Source of the DNA: Lingula anatina
Taxonomy: Eukaryota > Animalia > Brachiopoda
Length of the DNA: 64,000 nucleotides
Assembly: GCA_051362555.1 (NCBI GenBank)
Contig: CM120641.1
Span: forward strand, 45,204,401 to 45,268,400
Reading direction: 5' to 3'
This document shows positions 11,429 to 25,670 of the stretch, piece after piece. Each line of letters starts with the position of its first letter. The stretch's first letter is position 1. A program made the position numbers and the translations under genes. Under the pieces are notes generated by a model, which did no database searches, had not been told where the DNA came from, and worked only from the letters and a program-made list of their open reading frames with translations.

Positions 11429-14400
11429 TAGTTCATTCATTGGATCAGACCTTGATATAGTAGTAGTTCATTCATTTTTGGAAGATATCTCAGTCAAGTA
11501 TTGCAAAACAAATTAAATCAAGAGGACAGCATTTGTCTGATAACTGTTGATATGAGGCCAGATATATCTTCACATTGGCAATATTTTTAATAGTGAATTT
11601 ATGTTTTAAAAAAGAAAAGAGGGGTTCATTTTTAAAAGTCAATTTGGATATTTTCTCACTGATGGAGATATGATTTTTGCTATTTGATTTCACAGAAAAC
11701 TGTATATGACATTGTGCAATGTTACACAGACATCTAGGCAACAAAGTCCGTCCTCTTTTGTGAGCTGTTCACCAGCTTCAAAATGATATTTGTCTACAGT
11801 GAAAATAATGTCATCCTTTACTCCTTGCATGGATATATCGCTGTATGGATATACATTTACTTATGTGGCAGTCCAAGTTGCTGTACTTAATAACAGTTTG
11901 AACTTACTTTGAAAAGTGTAGTCTTGTATTAAGTCCATGCCTCCCCCCCTCCCTCAATTGTTCTTATCCAGTTAATAAAAACCTCAAGGTCTGATCCAAT
12001 TTGGAAAAAAAAAAAAAAAAAAAAAAACTATGAAATCTGTGAGTACACGAATAAAAGATTCACTGCACTCACATATTTAGATTCATATTTACATCTGTTT
12101 CTCTCTATCTCAGTGATTGAAACACATGCAATGGTTACAAAATCAACCTGGTATTATAAACAAATATTACACACAAGCAATGTATTGGAATGTATTTGCA
12201 GCAATATCTCCATGTATATTGAATGTATTGAGGGATTCCAGGTGGTTTGAATAATTGCTGCTAAGAGACCTACAAAGCTTGGATAGGCACAAAGATATAT
12301 ATATAGGAGTTATACATGAATACATGATACATCTGGACTGCAAATGGGCCTTCCTGGTTTCTGAAGGTATTTAACATGGTACGTGTGGATGGAAGAATAT
12401 ATATAAATATACACACATATATATACACACACACAATCAAATAAATCATTCAGCTACTGATCGTTATCAGTCAATCTGGGTTTGTACATTAATATTAGGG
12501 TGCATTACAAAGCATCATCATGTTACAGTTTATACGGTTTATATTTATTACAGTTTATATTCATTTTCTCTGGTGATACAGAGCTGATTCCATGTTCAGT
12601 TATTATTGACGATATTAACTGTATTTAAGCGTTATTTTTGACACAAATCATCACGCTTCACCTGTACATTTTGGAGGCTACTGCTTTGGCCAATACATTT
12701 TCTAGAGCTAAATTTAGAATTGGTGGTGTGCATTGTTTTTGTCTGAGCTCTTTTTTTCCTGGATTACTCTTTCTCTTTCTCTTTCAGCTTTATTGGTTTC
12801 CTTTTGCTTCTCCTTACCCCTTGTATATGTGTGTGTGTGTGTGTGTTTTCTTTCTTGTTCTTTCTTTTTTTGCAAATCTGATTTCAAGATGCAATATATC
12901 TTACTTATCATGGCACCAGACTACTTAAATGGGATTAGATTTGATATGGTGAGAAACTTAGTGCTCAAGTCCTTCTTATTTTATCCTTGTGGGATATCTG
13001 CGATGCCCATAATAAATCAACTCCTATATAAAAATTCACGAGGAAGCTTTTAGATCACAAAACGCTGTTATATATTGCTCCATCTAAGTCATGCAGGTAC
13101 CCCAACTTTTTCTTTTTTGAGATAATCAAGTCACTATTTGTTTATGCGCTCTCTTTTTCTTCATGTGCTGGATAGTTCTATGCCCACAGTTTTAAATCAG
13201 TGTTCTGCTCCAAGGCCTCGACTCCACTGAATATATATTTATGAATACGCACAGTGATATGTGCACAATTTTCTGCATGAGGTATTTCAGGTGTTGGTCT
13301 ATGTTCTAACAGCTTGAGGGCATCTCACCTAGTCAATTTTACTTTCTGGATACGTAAGCAAGCAAATTTTCATTGATTTATGAACATTTCTTCATTTATT
13401 TAAGGTGTACCGTATTTAAGACAATTTTACTCACAGATGAAAAGTTGGGTGTACTATTGCAACAAAATGTGATATATATGCCAGTCATTTTAGTAATGAT
13501 GTTATTACCAGTTTCCTGATATTTGTACTTGCAGTCTGCAGTATATACCTATAGTATCTGTCTGCCTTCTGTCATTCATTGTTTTCCCCATTGCAAGTTT
13601 CTTTGGCTTTCATGTTCTTTTAGTGAATACATCTTTATATAATACATACATTCATGCATGTACAGATTCAAAGGCACAAACACTAACGTCTGCACATACA
13701 TGCAGACATAGCTGCACATGTAAACAGTCATGCACATGCATGCATGTGTTTATGCGCGTGCACACACACACACCTAACTGATATCATTCTGTGAAATTTT
13801 ATTGCCATAGAGTTTTCTTCTTTGATATAAATAAAAAAGAACAAGTGCATTACATAATTTGTTATTCTCATGATTATCTTTGCATATGTGAGTTATTATT
13901 CATTATTACTTACAATGTTAAGATCCTATGCTGCTTACTGAAAAAAAAGCTACTTCTTGAATTATTGTACACAACATGTGGTAGCGTTGTGTCTTAAAAG
14001 AGTTAATTAAGGCTCACTTGGCCAGGGTCTGTGTTTTTATGCCAGCAGATTAAAGTTTCATGCACATTGGCCTTTCTCCCAGAAATGGTATCCAGGCGAT
14101 AATGAGGAGTCCTTCTGGGCGTTTTTCCTCATTCACAACATGTATGCTGTGAGCAGGGTAATGAGGTTTTACACTCGACTCATTACTATCTCAAAGGCAG
14201 AAACCAGCATGCTTTCTATGGATATCTCTTGGGGTAATTATTGATCACTTTCTAGGTGTAGTCAATTTTTTGTCACATTGATATTGCGTGATTGCAATTT
14301 CAAGCAAAGATGTGTTAAATGTATGTGAGACAAAACTCAAGCGGCTGATGGGGCCACTTTTGCAGTAAATATCATTAGGAAGTAATGTCCAGCAATATGC

Positions 14401-16720
14401 TTAAATGTACACCTTTTATAATGACATACAAAGTGCACCATAGGGCCCAGTAATGTGGAGAATTACATACTTCACACTACTGATTAGCTTTAAGGAATAT
14501 GGCTAATGTCTTGAGAACCAATGAAGGGCTTAAACACAATCAAGTGAATAGTCCTGCTTGTCTATATGGTTAGATTTTATATATGCTGCATGATATATAC
14601 CACATCCAATATCTTGATATTAATTGGCAATTATCTTTTTATTATCTGTGTACAAATTTGTTTTTTTTTATCAGGTGTTTAAGCAGCAATTGAGATAAAG
14701 CACTTGCAATGTGCTGGGTCAAGGATGCCTATTCCTTACTTCTGAGATCTAGAACTACCATATTTATCATTCTAAGAATTATGTGGGTGTCTAGCTATTC
14801 ATAGCTGTTAATTCATATTTGATAGAAAACAACTAATCATTTAAGATTATTATTATTAAAACATCATTTTGAGATATATACACCGCTTCATCAGTGCACA
14901 AAAGGGGACACATGAACAAAAAAAATAGCTACAATTTGCTTATAATGGAGAGGCCTTTCCTTGTGTGCATATTGATTTGAGATCATCTATAATAGCCGTA
15001 CAAAACCCCCTTTTTTTTCGAGTCTCGCAGGGTTATTTGTTTTCATTATTTTGTTAATTGACATTTTCTAGGGAAAGTAAAGTAAGAGCTGTGCAAATAA
15101 AGGAAAAAAGGTAATGTTCTGTGTTCCATTGTAGTGTGATACAGGATTTATGTTGCCTAGAATAGGACATAAATGGTTTCATTGTTAACTTCTGTGCAGA
15201 AAAAAAACATGCATTTTGTTCTTCAAACCCGGTGTTCTTCATACATACATTATCATGACATGCAATGAATTGGCCATAGCCTTTTGAAAATGATATGATG
15301 CAGAAAGGCAGCAGAGAGGTTTATTTACAGGAAAGATGTAATATACCTGGTGTTTATAGTAGCACAAGTGTCTTGCCATGTTAATCAAGACCTTATGCCT
15401 TCCATTTTGTACAGATGTTGAAAGAGATGTGTCAAAATGAATAAAGATATATTATTTTTGGATTTTAAGAATGTGTTTGACTCTATGCATGGAAGGGGGG
15501 AGGGGTGCAGCTCAAGGTGATAGGTTTTTAGTGGTATTGCATTGATTTGGGCAATTGCTACATACATAGTTTTTGAACATGCAGTGTGATGTCATGTTGT
15601 ATACCCATTACATAAAAGAGTTTGATAGTCATTTTGATTTTTTAGAAATACCATAGATTTATATTTTGAAACATTAAATCATGCATAGCTAGTGTATTAT
15701 GTCTGGACAAGAGACTACATTGACTTCTGCTTTCACCCACATACCCACTAAATTAAGTATTTCTGATTAAAGCTAGTGTTAATATTGAGTAAATTTAGAG
15801 TGCTCTATTAAAGTTGAAAGTATTTAAATATAATATTTGTATATATTTGTGTTGCTCACAGTTGATGAAAGGGTAGTAGTTTACAAATGACCCACAATAT
15901 TGGAAATATGGTATATATAGGAGACAAGAAGGAGGGCAGGGGGTGATTTTGAGATACTATACTGACATAGAATGGGTTCGTTTTTGTAGAAAAAGAATAT
16001 GTTTTACATAAAACCATAGTCAGACAGGACCTAATGAGTCTGTCCTTAAATGTACGAGTAGTGTGGTATTCCATATGTGATGTCACTGCTGGAAACGGAG
16101 AATAACAAATTATCACAGAAATGTAGTCCTCTGTATTATGTATAACCATTAGATGGCTTTATGTACCAGTATAGTGCATTTTGACTTCTGCTGCTAGATG
16201 ACAGCTTACTATGGTTCATTCTAATATATAATATAATATTCTATTCTGCCAAATAACTAAATGATTTCAGCTAATTCAATGTGAAAAATTCACAGTAAAC
16301 GATGAAAAATTCAATGAAAAACAGTTTAGTATGTGATATATTATTGTAGCCTATAATGAATTTGTTCAGCATTTGCCTAAAATTTACTTAACTGGTGAGA
16401 TTGTATGTGGCTTTCTCTAATGTTTCGTATATATCGTTGTGGATGATATATTGCCTAATTTCACAGCTCAGGCTCTTGTTTATTTGTGTAAAAGTACAAT
16501 ATTTGGGATTTACTATCTCTTTGGCAAGTTAGACAGTGGCATCATGTACAGACAGTGAAGTTAAGTCATTAAAGTGAAGTTAATATTCAATGCTATAAAG
16601 CATGTCTTCAAAAAAAAAGTATAATGATAAAATAATGCAAAAGTAATGACAATGAGTATATAATCAGAAAGTTTGGAATTCAAGATGATGCCTTTGGAGA
16701 CATGCCATGTCTTTCAATTT

Positions 16721-16824
<104 letters not shown>

Positions 16825-19800
16825 AAAAATAATAAATAAATAATATGTTAACCATAGAGCTGATATCCGATTTGTTAATAAGAAGAATATTTAACCTTAA
16901 AGCATTAAAGCAACAGCTCCTGAATTCTAAAATTTAACATAGTTACAGCCACCCAGGTGTTGAATAGGTAAGGTACTACATGTACACCCTGAGTTCCACA
17001 GGACATTGTGCTGTGGATTAGCCAGAGGCTTCTCATGCCTTAGTTCAAAATAAGATTTACAAAGCTTATCCTGAGAATATTTATACAACAAGAATGAGTC
17101 CTAACTTGCCAGAAGTAATTTGCTCACTATTGAAAGAACACACTTTATGCTATACTAACACAGTACCATGAAAAAACAAGTGTTCATGTATTGTCTTGAA
17201 AAATGATATTTAAACAGATTTTTTTTTGCTTCCTCTCTGTGCTATATATACCCCTCGGCCATTTTTGCTAGCCTTCATTAAAATATTTATGCCATTGCAT
17301 GTGCAGTAGTTAAGTATCATACTTGTACGAAATGGAGGGATGGATAATGAAGGACCAGAAATTTGACAAAGGTGGAGTTTAAGAGCTATTCTTGGCTGAC
17401 CGAGTGATTTATTTGGTTTATTCTTTTGCAATCAACTTTATTTGAGTCCTTAAAGAAACTAGTAAACATTGTTTATATGTGTTACAGGAAAACCATGCTC
17501 CTTCATATATTTAACTTTAATAGGGTGTAAGGCGTACATAGCATTTGGCTTTAAGTTTCGATGCCAGGCACCAGCATTTCAGTAGGTTGATATGATACAA
17601 GTGTTCATTTAACAAAGCAGTAAATTGTGACTGCTGAGCAATCTGAATGTCTAGAGTCAGTTCAAAAGAGAGCCTTGAGGATTATATGCCCTGGTCTCAG
17701 TTATGTTGATGCCTTAACAGTTTGTAACATTGACACCCTAGACAAACGTAGAGATTTTATACAAAATTACAAAATCATGAAAAGTTAGGTCATTTATTGC
17801 TTGAAAGAAACACCCATCCTCTAAGAAACAACACCAAATTTTTACAACCAAAAGTGAAGACTGAACTTTTTAAAAATTCCTTTATTAATTATTTTCTTTT
17901 TAATTTGTAGTAATTTATGAATGCCTTTTTAATTTGTAGTATTTTCGGAATAATTTATTGTTTTATAATTTAAAGTTCATTGTTAATCTTCTTTTAAACA
18001 AACTTTGTACCAGTACAACTTCAACCTTAGGGTTGCAATTTTACCTAATAAACTATTATTATACAATTCTTCAACTCTGGATAGATATCTTTATGAATGG
18101 AGTTATAATGTTCAATTTTAAGAAGTAGCTTAATATTTTCTCAGGATTGTCATCATGTGGTTTTCCAAGAGGATAGCATAGAGCATACAAGTGAAGGACA
18201 CTTCAACATTGCCTCAAATCCTTTCAATTGATGTATGAATGGTTCTGAGAAATGATGAACATCCTTTTTTCTCAGAAAGTTGAATGTAGTAGTAATGCTT
18301 GGCCTGCGGTAAAGATTCAAGGGGTTCAAGGTTCGTCATATCGGGTTGACATTCACTCCCACGTTTGACATTTTGTCAGCCGTTTCATTCATTACTTCCC
18401 TGTGCAATTATATGAGGTGAAAAAGAGACAAACATAGCTGTAGGCTGGCAGTTTACTACATTTCCAATTGAAGTACCCAAATAAGATAAGGAGTTCAGTA
18501 CAACATGAGTTGTAAATTAAATATGTTAAACTGCACAGAAAGAGGAATTGAGATAGGTTACAATAAAAAGTTCAAATATAATAAAAATTGACCTAATGAG
18601 AATTAAGGCGGCACATGTGTATAGTACACATATATGTACATACGTATGTTAAATGTGCAGTTTAATTGAAGGTATGAAATGCTGAGAGAGTCAGTTTCAA
18701 GAGGTTTAAAACTCAGGAATATCCTTTAAGTACCTGTAATAGGTTCTTCCAACAACATCTTGCTAAAATGGTTATTATCACTCCAATACATATCCAATAT
18801 CTGAATGCCTGTGACACACATTAAAGAAATATAACATAAGTGTAGGCATTAAAATGGGATTCACTCTCCAATAGGCTGTTTGTGAGTTTAAAACACTTTT
18901 TGGAAAAAGATGACAAAATTGAAGTGATATATGAAGAGGAAAGAGGGATATATATGGAGAGGTGTATTTTGGAGAGACAGGGAGGTCTATAGTGGAAATG
19001 ACAACAAAACTGCAAAAATTACTGAACATCGGAGACAGTAATTAAATCAGCATTGAGTGAACACAATGAAACAACAGGACACAGAAGAGCCAGTGTCAAG
19101 AGAAATGATGGAGCCACTTTCTGTGACCTCTGTTTGCTACTAAATTTTCTATGGAAGTAACATAGATGGTCAGGGAAGGGGGGTGTAACTGCACTTCTAG
19201 GTATTGTTACATGATCAAATGCGGTCAATTATTTTAGTGAGTTGATCTCTTAACCCGTCAATTCATTCTGCCATATTGAATACTAGTAAGTCTTCATTTC
19301 TTGGAACTCAGCTTATGAATCAATTTAGTTGCGTGAAAAAGCTCATCGTACTTTGAATGCTTCAAATAATACATTTTTATCTCTCTTTCACAATAATAAT
19401 ATGTAAAATATTAATTGAGTATTGATTTTAAAGCCCCATAAAAACACATGTCAAACTAATTTCATTAGAAGTTATTGGACTATTTCTGTCCCACGGTTGC
19501 ACATTATGAATGGTTAAGTTGCTGATATCATACACTACAGAACACTATGCTTGATTTTCCATTCCCATATGCTGGGGTTCACTCACACAACACTGCAAAA
19601 TGGGCAGATTTGCTACTTTTGATGGAATCTAACTTGTTTCGTGATGCTTGAGATACCCAATTTGGACCAGTATTAACAGAAATTTTTCGCTGAAATAAGA
19701 CAGGAGAATAGAGGATTGATTGAGCCTGTCGTTTTTTCACATGCAATGTTGCATGGTGGTGGGTCTGGTTTATGTGACCCTACCATGCATTTTGTTTTGT

Positions 19801-22800
19801 TTGTTCAACAATAAACTTTTGAAAGTTCTCAATGTATTTTGATTTCAAAATTTGCAATCATGTGATAAACCAGTTATAGACTTGATAGTTTTTTGGTCAC
19901 CTCTTGGTTGAGTACAACCCTTAACTGGGATACATTGAAGCCAAAGGACTGAACCTAGCTGAGAGGTGACTTCAGCCAAAGTCAATAATTGTATACTATT
20001 ATATACAACTGCCACTGTAACATCTTTGATCTCGTTCCCCAATAGAGGTGTCTTGTAATTTTTAGCTGTTGTTGGGAAAACCTTATTACTTTGAGTGCAT
20101 AAGCTAATGATTAAAATTCTTTGCTGATGATTGGACTTCCCTACTATGCATCTAGCTACTACGTACATACATGTACTTTTTAAACAAGGCAAAATTTTCC
20201 CCACTTTTTGTCCATGTTGATTTATCAGTAACACACTACATAACATTCCTTGCATTTTCACTTCACATAAAAATAATTTCTGAACAGAAGTTATAATTTT
20301 ATTACATAAAGAGAATGTATTATGACTTAAAATGGGATTTATGACAATGAAAAGTTATTGAATGGTGTTGATCTGCAGTGATAAACATATCATTTGAAGG
20401 TTTTCAAATGACTTTAGTTGGTTATCTAAGATGTTAATGATTATTTTTCAGCTGAATAGTTAAGGGTTGGTGACTATGTTGTTATCAATGTGGAAAATAC
20501 CATTAATGTAAAAAAAATTAGGGATCCTCTCTATTCATGGACATCTTTTTGTTTTTGCCAGAAACAGAAAATATTTTGGAAGTTATATGAAGTATCTCAC
20601 TCTGCTCCCTAGAAAGGCTTGTCTTTTTATTATGAGATTTTACTAAGGGCATTTTATGTGAGATATAGCACAGTGATAATAGTAGTAAGGTTTAATAAGT
20701 GAAAAAAGTGCCCAAAAGTATTTTGTTGTAGAAATGTTCAAGGTTTAACATGATTCATTTTTATTCATACTGGATGTGCATTATCACTCTGACATACACC
20801 CACTTTTATATATGAAATCCCCAGATATATATATAATAAGATATTGGGTCAGTCACCGATTTTTTGTCACTATAATTGGCCAGTGATGTTTCATTTTATT
20901 CTCAGCAAGTGCCATTGAGACCGAGAAATGTGAGCCAAATTATTTTCAATTTCCTCCATTCCCACTTTGGCACTGTTTTTGATGAATATGCATTAGTTTA
21001 ATTGAACATATCTAGACCATTTGTGGTTTGGCAGTCATTCTAGAATCATCTAGAATAGTTGATGTAGGGACTTTTTCTACCAACTTTTTAAAGCTGTATA
21101 TCAAATAATATTTGGACAATATTTTCTTTTTTCCTGGAAAGTTTGTCGTGTAGGTAAATTTTATGGTAGAAATGAGCTCCTTACCTTCAGTCTGGTTGTG
21201 TTGTTGAGCATATTAATTATGGAAACAAAGGGCAATAACGTCTTATCAGGTGGAAATGGAGAATGAACTTTTTCAGGCCTCATAAACGATAATTGTCATT
21301 TGTGATCCCAAGATTTGTCAATTAATGAGTCAAAATGTGATTGATTTCATGGCATGAACATAAAATACTTGTCGTGAGCACTGCATATTTTTGGCCAGCT
21401 TTCAACCAGGTCTTTTGTGGTTTACTTGTAGTCTGGTTCTTTTTCTCAACCCTAAACTATTTACTGCAAACTGCATGTTTGAGCTTTCTCGATTCCAAGT
21501 CAAAGAAGAGTGACATTTTCTCCTCTTTCTATGAATCAATTTTATCATTAGAAAAGTAAATAAAAAGCCTCAAAACAAATCATACTCATCTATTACTGTA
21601 ATCTACTAAGTATACACTGCATTTTAATTTCAGATTAATTGCTCTCAATAATCTCTGGCACATTTGACACTTTTAATGTTACTGTCGCCTTGCACTTTCC
21701 TAATAAACATCAGAAAAAAAAAAGGAAAAATGCATGTTACTTATTATTCTCTAACTTTCAGGAATGATTCACAGGAATAAAATACAGTTCAAGTATGAAA
21801 ACGAACCTGATTGGATAATTATTCTTCAAGCTATGATCAAAGATTTTGGGAAATTTTTATTTTTCACACATTGACATTTTCAGCTTGTCAGTTTCAGTTC
21901 CTGTGGGTATGAAGCCACATTGTCACTAGCCTCAGAATATACAGTGTTTAATTCTACTACCAGTAGCATGCCCACACATTATATATGGTCCAGATACTGT
22001 ATGACATACATGTGCACTATGCGCTAAATTGTTTTAAGTGTGCCTAGCGATTTCAGAGATATTCAAGATTATTTAGTCTTTTCCCAGTACCCGTATCAGA
22101 CTTAATGTCTGCAAGCACCAGTATAATTGATATGATTATATACCTGAACATTTTTTGAGAGATCTGGTAAATTGCCATTGGTTGATGATGACATTAAGGA
22201 TTCCATCAAAGTTTTATTCTGCCTGCTGTCATCACCAGAGTAAAATGGATTGGCAGTATGAAAAATAATGTAGATAATAAGGGCTGAATAAGTCTTTTTA
22301 CACTAATCAATTAGGATTGATATCGGTTGGTCTACTGGGAGCTGCAGAGAGTCTCCTATATAGTAAGGGTGCAGAACAAAAATTCTTTTGGGCCACTCAA
22401 TACATGGAGTTTGCATTGAAAGATAAACTTAATTTTTTGTTTAAAAAATTATAAGGTTACATTTAGTAAGTAGACTGTCAGACTACTTACCATTGCAGAA
22501 GTACACTAGTGTTGGATAGTTGGTGAATATTTGATTTGTGCCATAATTTCACTATGTGATTTTAAATCTTACATCGGACAGTCCGGTTGCATGGTGAGGT
22601 CGGTCAAACTATTTCCAGTTTAGTTTAGAAAACTATAAAATCGCTTTTTGGAAGCCATTTGCATTGAATATTTTGACTTGCAATCCATCTATCAACAACA
22701 TAATATGAAAACCTAGATCATCTTATCCGAAAATTTAGTTCCTGTGTGTTTTTCAGGAATCTGGAACAACATGCACTTACATGTACTCCTATTGCTTAAT

Positions 22801-22953
22801 GGCAATCATTTTCCTTGTTGCATCAGAAAGTCTAATTTCACACATGCACTAACAATGTCAAATTGCTAAGCTGTCTCAGAAATGAGGTTTTCGGCTTTGA
22901 TCGACTGCTGATAGGTGTTTGTTCTAATGACAATGCTTTTTTTCTCTTTCCAG

Positions 22954-22985
22954 GGGCTTTGGCAAACAGGGATTCCAATGCAATG
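22954..22985 (+). CDS. PKC1: cPKC exon 2 (32 nt, C1A)
   Basis: tttctctttccag|G GGC TTT GGC AAA CAG GGA TTC CAA TGC AAT G|gtaagt = (W)GFGKQGFQCN. Confidence 0.95.
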
Positions 22986-23197
22986 GTAAGTCTTTCTGCA
23001 CCGCTGAGAATTTAAGTCCTGGGTCTAAGAAAAAATAACATAAACAAAAAATAATAAAATAAAAATAAAAAATAAAAATAAAGCATAAAACACATTAAAG
23101 AAATGTTTGGAACAGCACTGTACAAGTGTGAACAAGAGCATTTTTTGGAAAAAACTTTTATATATGATGTTGGTCTTTGTGAAAGAGCATCTTATAA

Positions 23198-23453
23198 AGA
23201 CCATTCCCAAACCCTATCATACTAACTGTGGATCGATCTATCTCTGAGGGGATTCTTGCTAAATTGCAATTGACTTAAATGACTTCACTGTCTGTAATGG
23301 CTACTGAAGCTGCTAGGGGATAATTAATTATCGTTTAGCAGCTTCAGTAGGCATGACAGACATCTAAGTTGCTTAAGCTGAAAGCAATTTAGCGAGAAAC
23401 CCCTCGGAGATAGAACGATCATGTTCGATTGATCTAGATATGGGAACCCAGTC
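23198..23453. mobile_element. Palindromic Harbinger-like MITE (same family as the nested insert 28457-28677)
   Basis: Dyad centre gataattaattatc (~23319-23332); arms ctactgaagctgct/agcagcttcagtagg and cttgctaaattgc/gcaatttagcgag; ends ccattccca/tgggaa. Confidence 0.7.
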
Positions 23454-23797
23454 ATAGCCAAGAAAGATATTGAAAAAGCTTTGTTTTTGTAAGAAGAAGC
23501 AATCTTCACTGTGCTTCATAGTACAAGCCTAATGTGTCCTAAATGGAATGTATACAAATACCATCAAAACCAGGTAAAGTAGTTGTGCATAGATAAGATA
23601 GTTAATCTGCTAAATCAGTTAGGTATCTGAAGAAAGCTTTGTTTTACAACAGCTCAATAATGATAATGTGTTTGGAAAAAGGTAAAAATGGTAATTTAAT
23701 GGTCCAAAATACTCCCATTCAGACATTTTTAGAATTGCTTTTTATCCTCTAAATGTCCAATATAAAGTTCGACCTTTTCTTTCATTCAAATCATCTT

Positions 23798-23973
23798 AGG
23801 CCACTTTCAGAACAGTGGAGTGACTAGGAAGAGGATCAAATATGGTTGACAAACTTGAATACTTCCCCACGGGGAATCTATTCAGCGTCTATTAGTGGAT
23901 TAGACGACAAGCTTTTAATGGGTCGCCATATTTGACCCGCAGACTAATTAGGCCACTGTTCTGAATGGGGCCT
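23798..23973. mobile_element. Palindromic MITE, family C
   Basis: aggccactttcagaacagtgg ... ccactgttctgaatggggcct TIR; inner caaatatgg/ccatatttg arms shared with the 34.4, 35.3 and 59.4 kb copies. Confidence 0.7.
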
Positions 23974-25622
23974 TGGTCAGTTCAAGTCCAGTCTCTTGTC
24001 TAGTTCAGTTTGACCACCTTTTCTCACTTTTCCTCACTTATACCACTGAACCACCACTTGGCATCTAGCCTTTAATAAATGATTTTGTATTTTTAGTGAA
24101 GTTAAGATCAGTCGGTAAGAAAACTTTGAGACCAGGAAAAAATGGCACTTTTTGCCTTGATGTACTTCATTCCTAGCAGTAGTAGTACATGTAGTCACGT
24201 GTTTTTTCTCTCTACCTCCGCATAAATAGACAGGATATTATAAAATCAAGTTTGCAAAAAAAAAAAAAAAAAAAAACTTAATGTCCTCTAAGTTAACATC
24301 AAAAATTGTGACATTGTTGTCACCTGACATCATTGCCACAGATAGATATAAAATGTTTCCTCTGATTGATAAAAAATTCTGCAACTGTGTCATCAATCAA
24401 GGTTAGGTTGGGTGAATCTGATGTCCTTACATTTCAAGAATGTAAGATCATAATCTATGCTCATTCTGTAACAATAATAATGCATGATTGCATGTGGGTC
24501 TGTACGTGATCTATTGAGCTATACAGACCCATTTGCAAGGTTTTCTTTCAATTTTGTCAAAGCCTGTTGAAGGCAATGTAGCAGAAAATGCAAAACTGGT
24601 AGCCTGCTTCCTCCTCTTTTATTTATGTATGGTTTTCCAGAAAATCGGTTTCTGCCACTTAATTTGTACTTCATGATAACCTGCACTGGGTCTGAGCAAA
24701 TGTGGGAATTAATCAGAATCTTATTGTCCCACTATTAGAAGGGGGGGGGGAGTAATTGGTGTCATACCTTTATTAATATTCACAGGTTAGCATTTTTAAT
24801 GAGGGGAAGTAAGCTATTGTACATGTATCACAGGTGCTATATATGATATTTTATCCCATACTTTGTTAGTGAAAATGGGAGCAGGATAACAAGGTCTTTG
24901 AGGACCTACAATATAAATCCCTGTTTGCACCTGTTTGGCAAGCACCTATTTATCTCCCTTAGTATATTTGGTTACTCAAGTGGATATCTGAAAGGTGTTT
25001 ACAAGTTGGAGAATGATAGTGCTGTAGATTATGAACCTCTTTCCCTGCCACCAAGAGAACTTTTATTTTATTAGTATTTCTTTATTTTTCATGAATTGTA
25101 TCTTTGATCAGGAAGCGGAACTGAAATAAGAGGAACTACATGTCTCTTCCTTATACAAAATAGAAGTATTATGAAAAATGGATACGTAATTTAAATCGAA
25201 AGTGTAGTCATTTGCAAAGATGTCTGCACAAAATGAAAGTCAGATTTTCTTTAGATCTCATAAGTGGGACCTGTGTCAGAAGAGGACTTTGCTAGAAAAT
25301 TGTTTTAAGCTTTAAGACTAAAATTTTACACTATGTTGACCCATTCAGATTGAAGTTTTGAATGAAATTTTCATCAAAATCAAAGATATGCATTGTTGGA
25401 TATCATTAATTGTGATGCATTTAAGAAACACATTTCTTGATGAAACATTGAAATGCCATAATAACTGTCAGGATTTTGATTTGATAAAGGACTGTCAAAG
25501 AAGGCAATGGACCATCAAATACAATAAAAAATGACATTAAATTAAAAAAAGTTGTACTGATGAATATTTATCTCCCTGTGTAGCTTCATGAGGTAGAGAA
25601 ATCTTTTCCACAAATTAAGTGC

Positions 25623-25624
<2 letters not shown>

Positions 25625-25668
<44 letters not shown>
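25625..25668. repeat. Poly(T) tract (~44 nt)
   Basis: Direct observation. Confidence 0.95.

Positions 25669-25670
<2 letters not shown>

Noticed and set aside
19845-20261. 138-aa minus-strand intronic ORF
   Set aside because: Non-ATG start, no recognisable domain or splice context.
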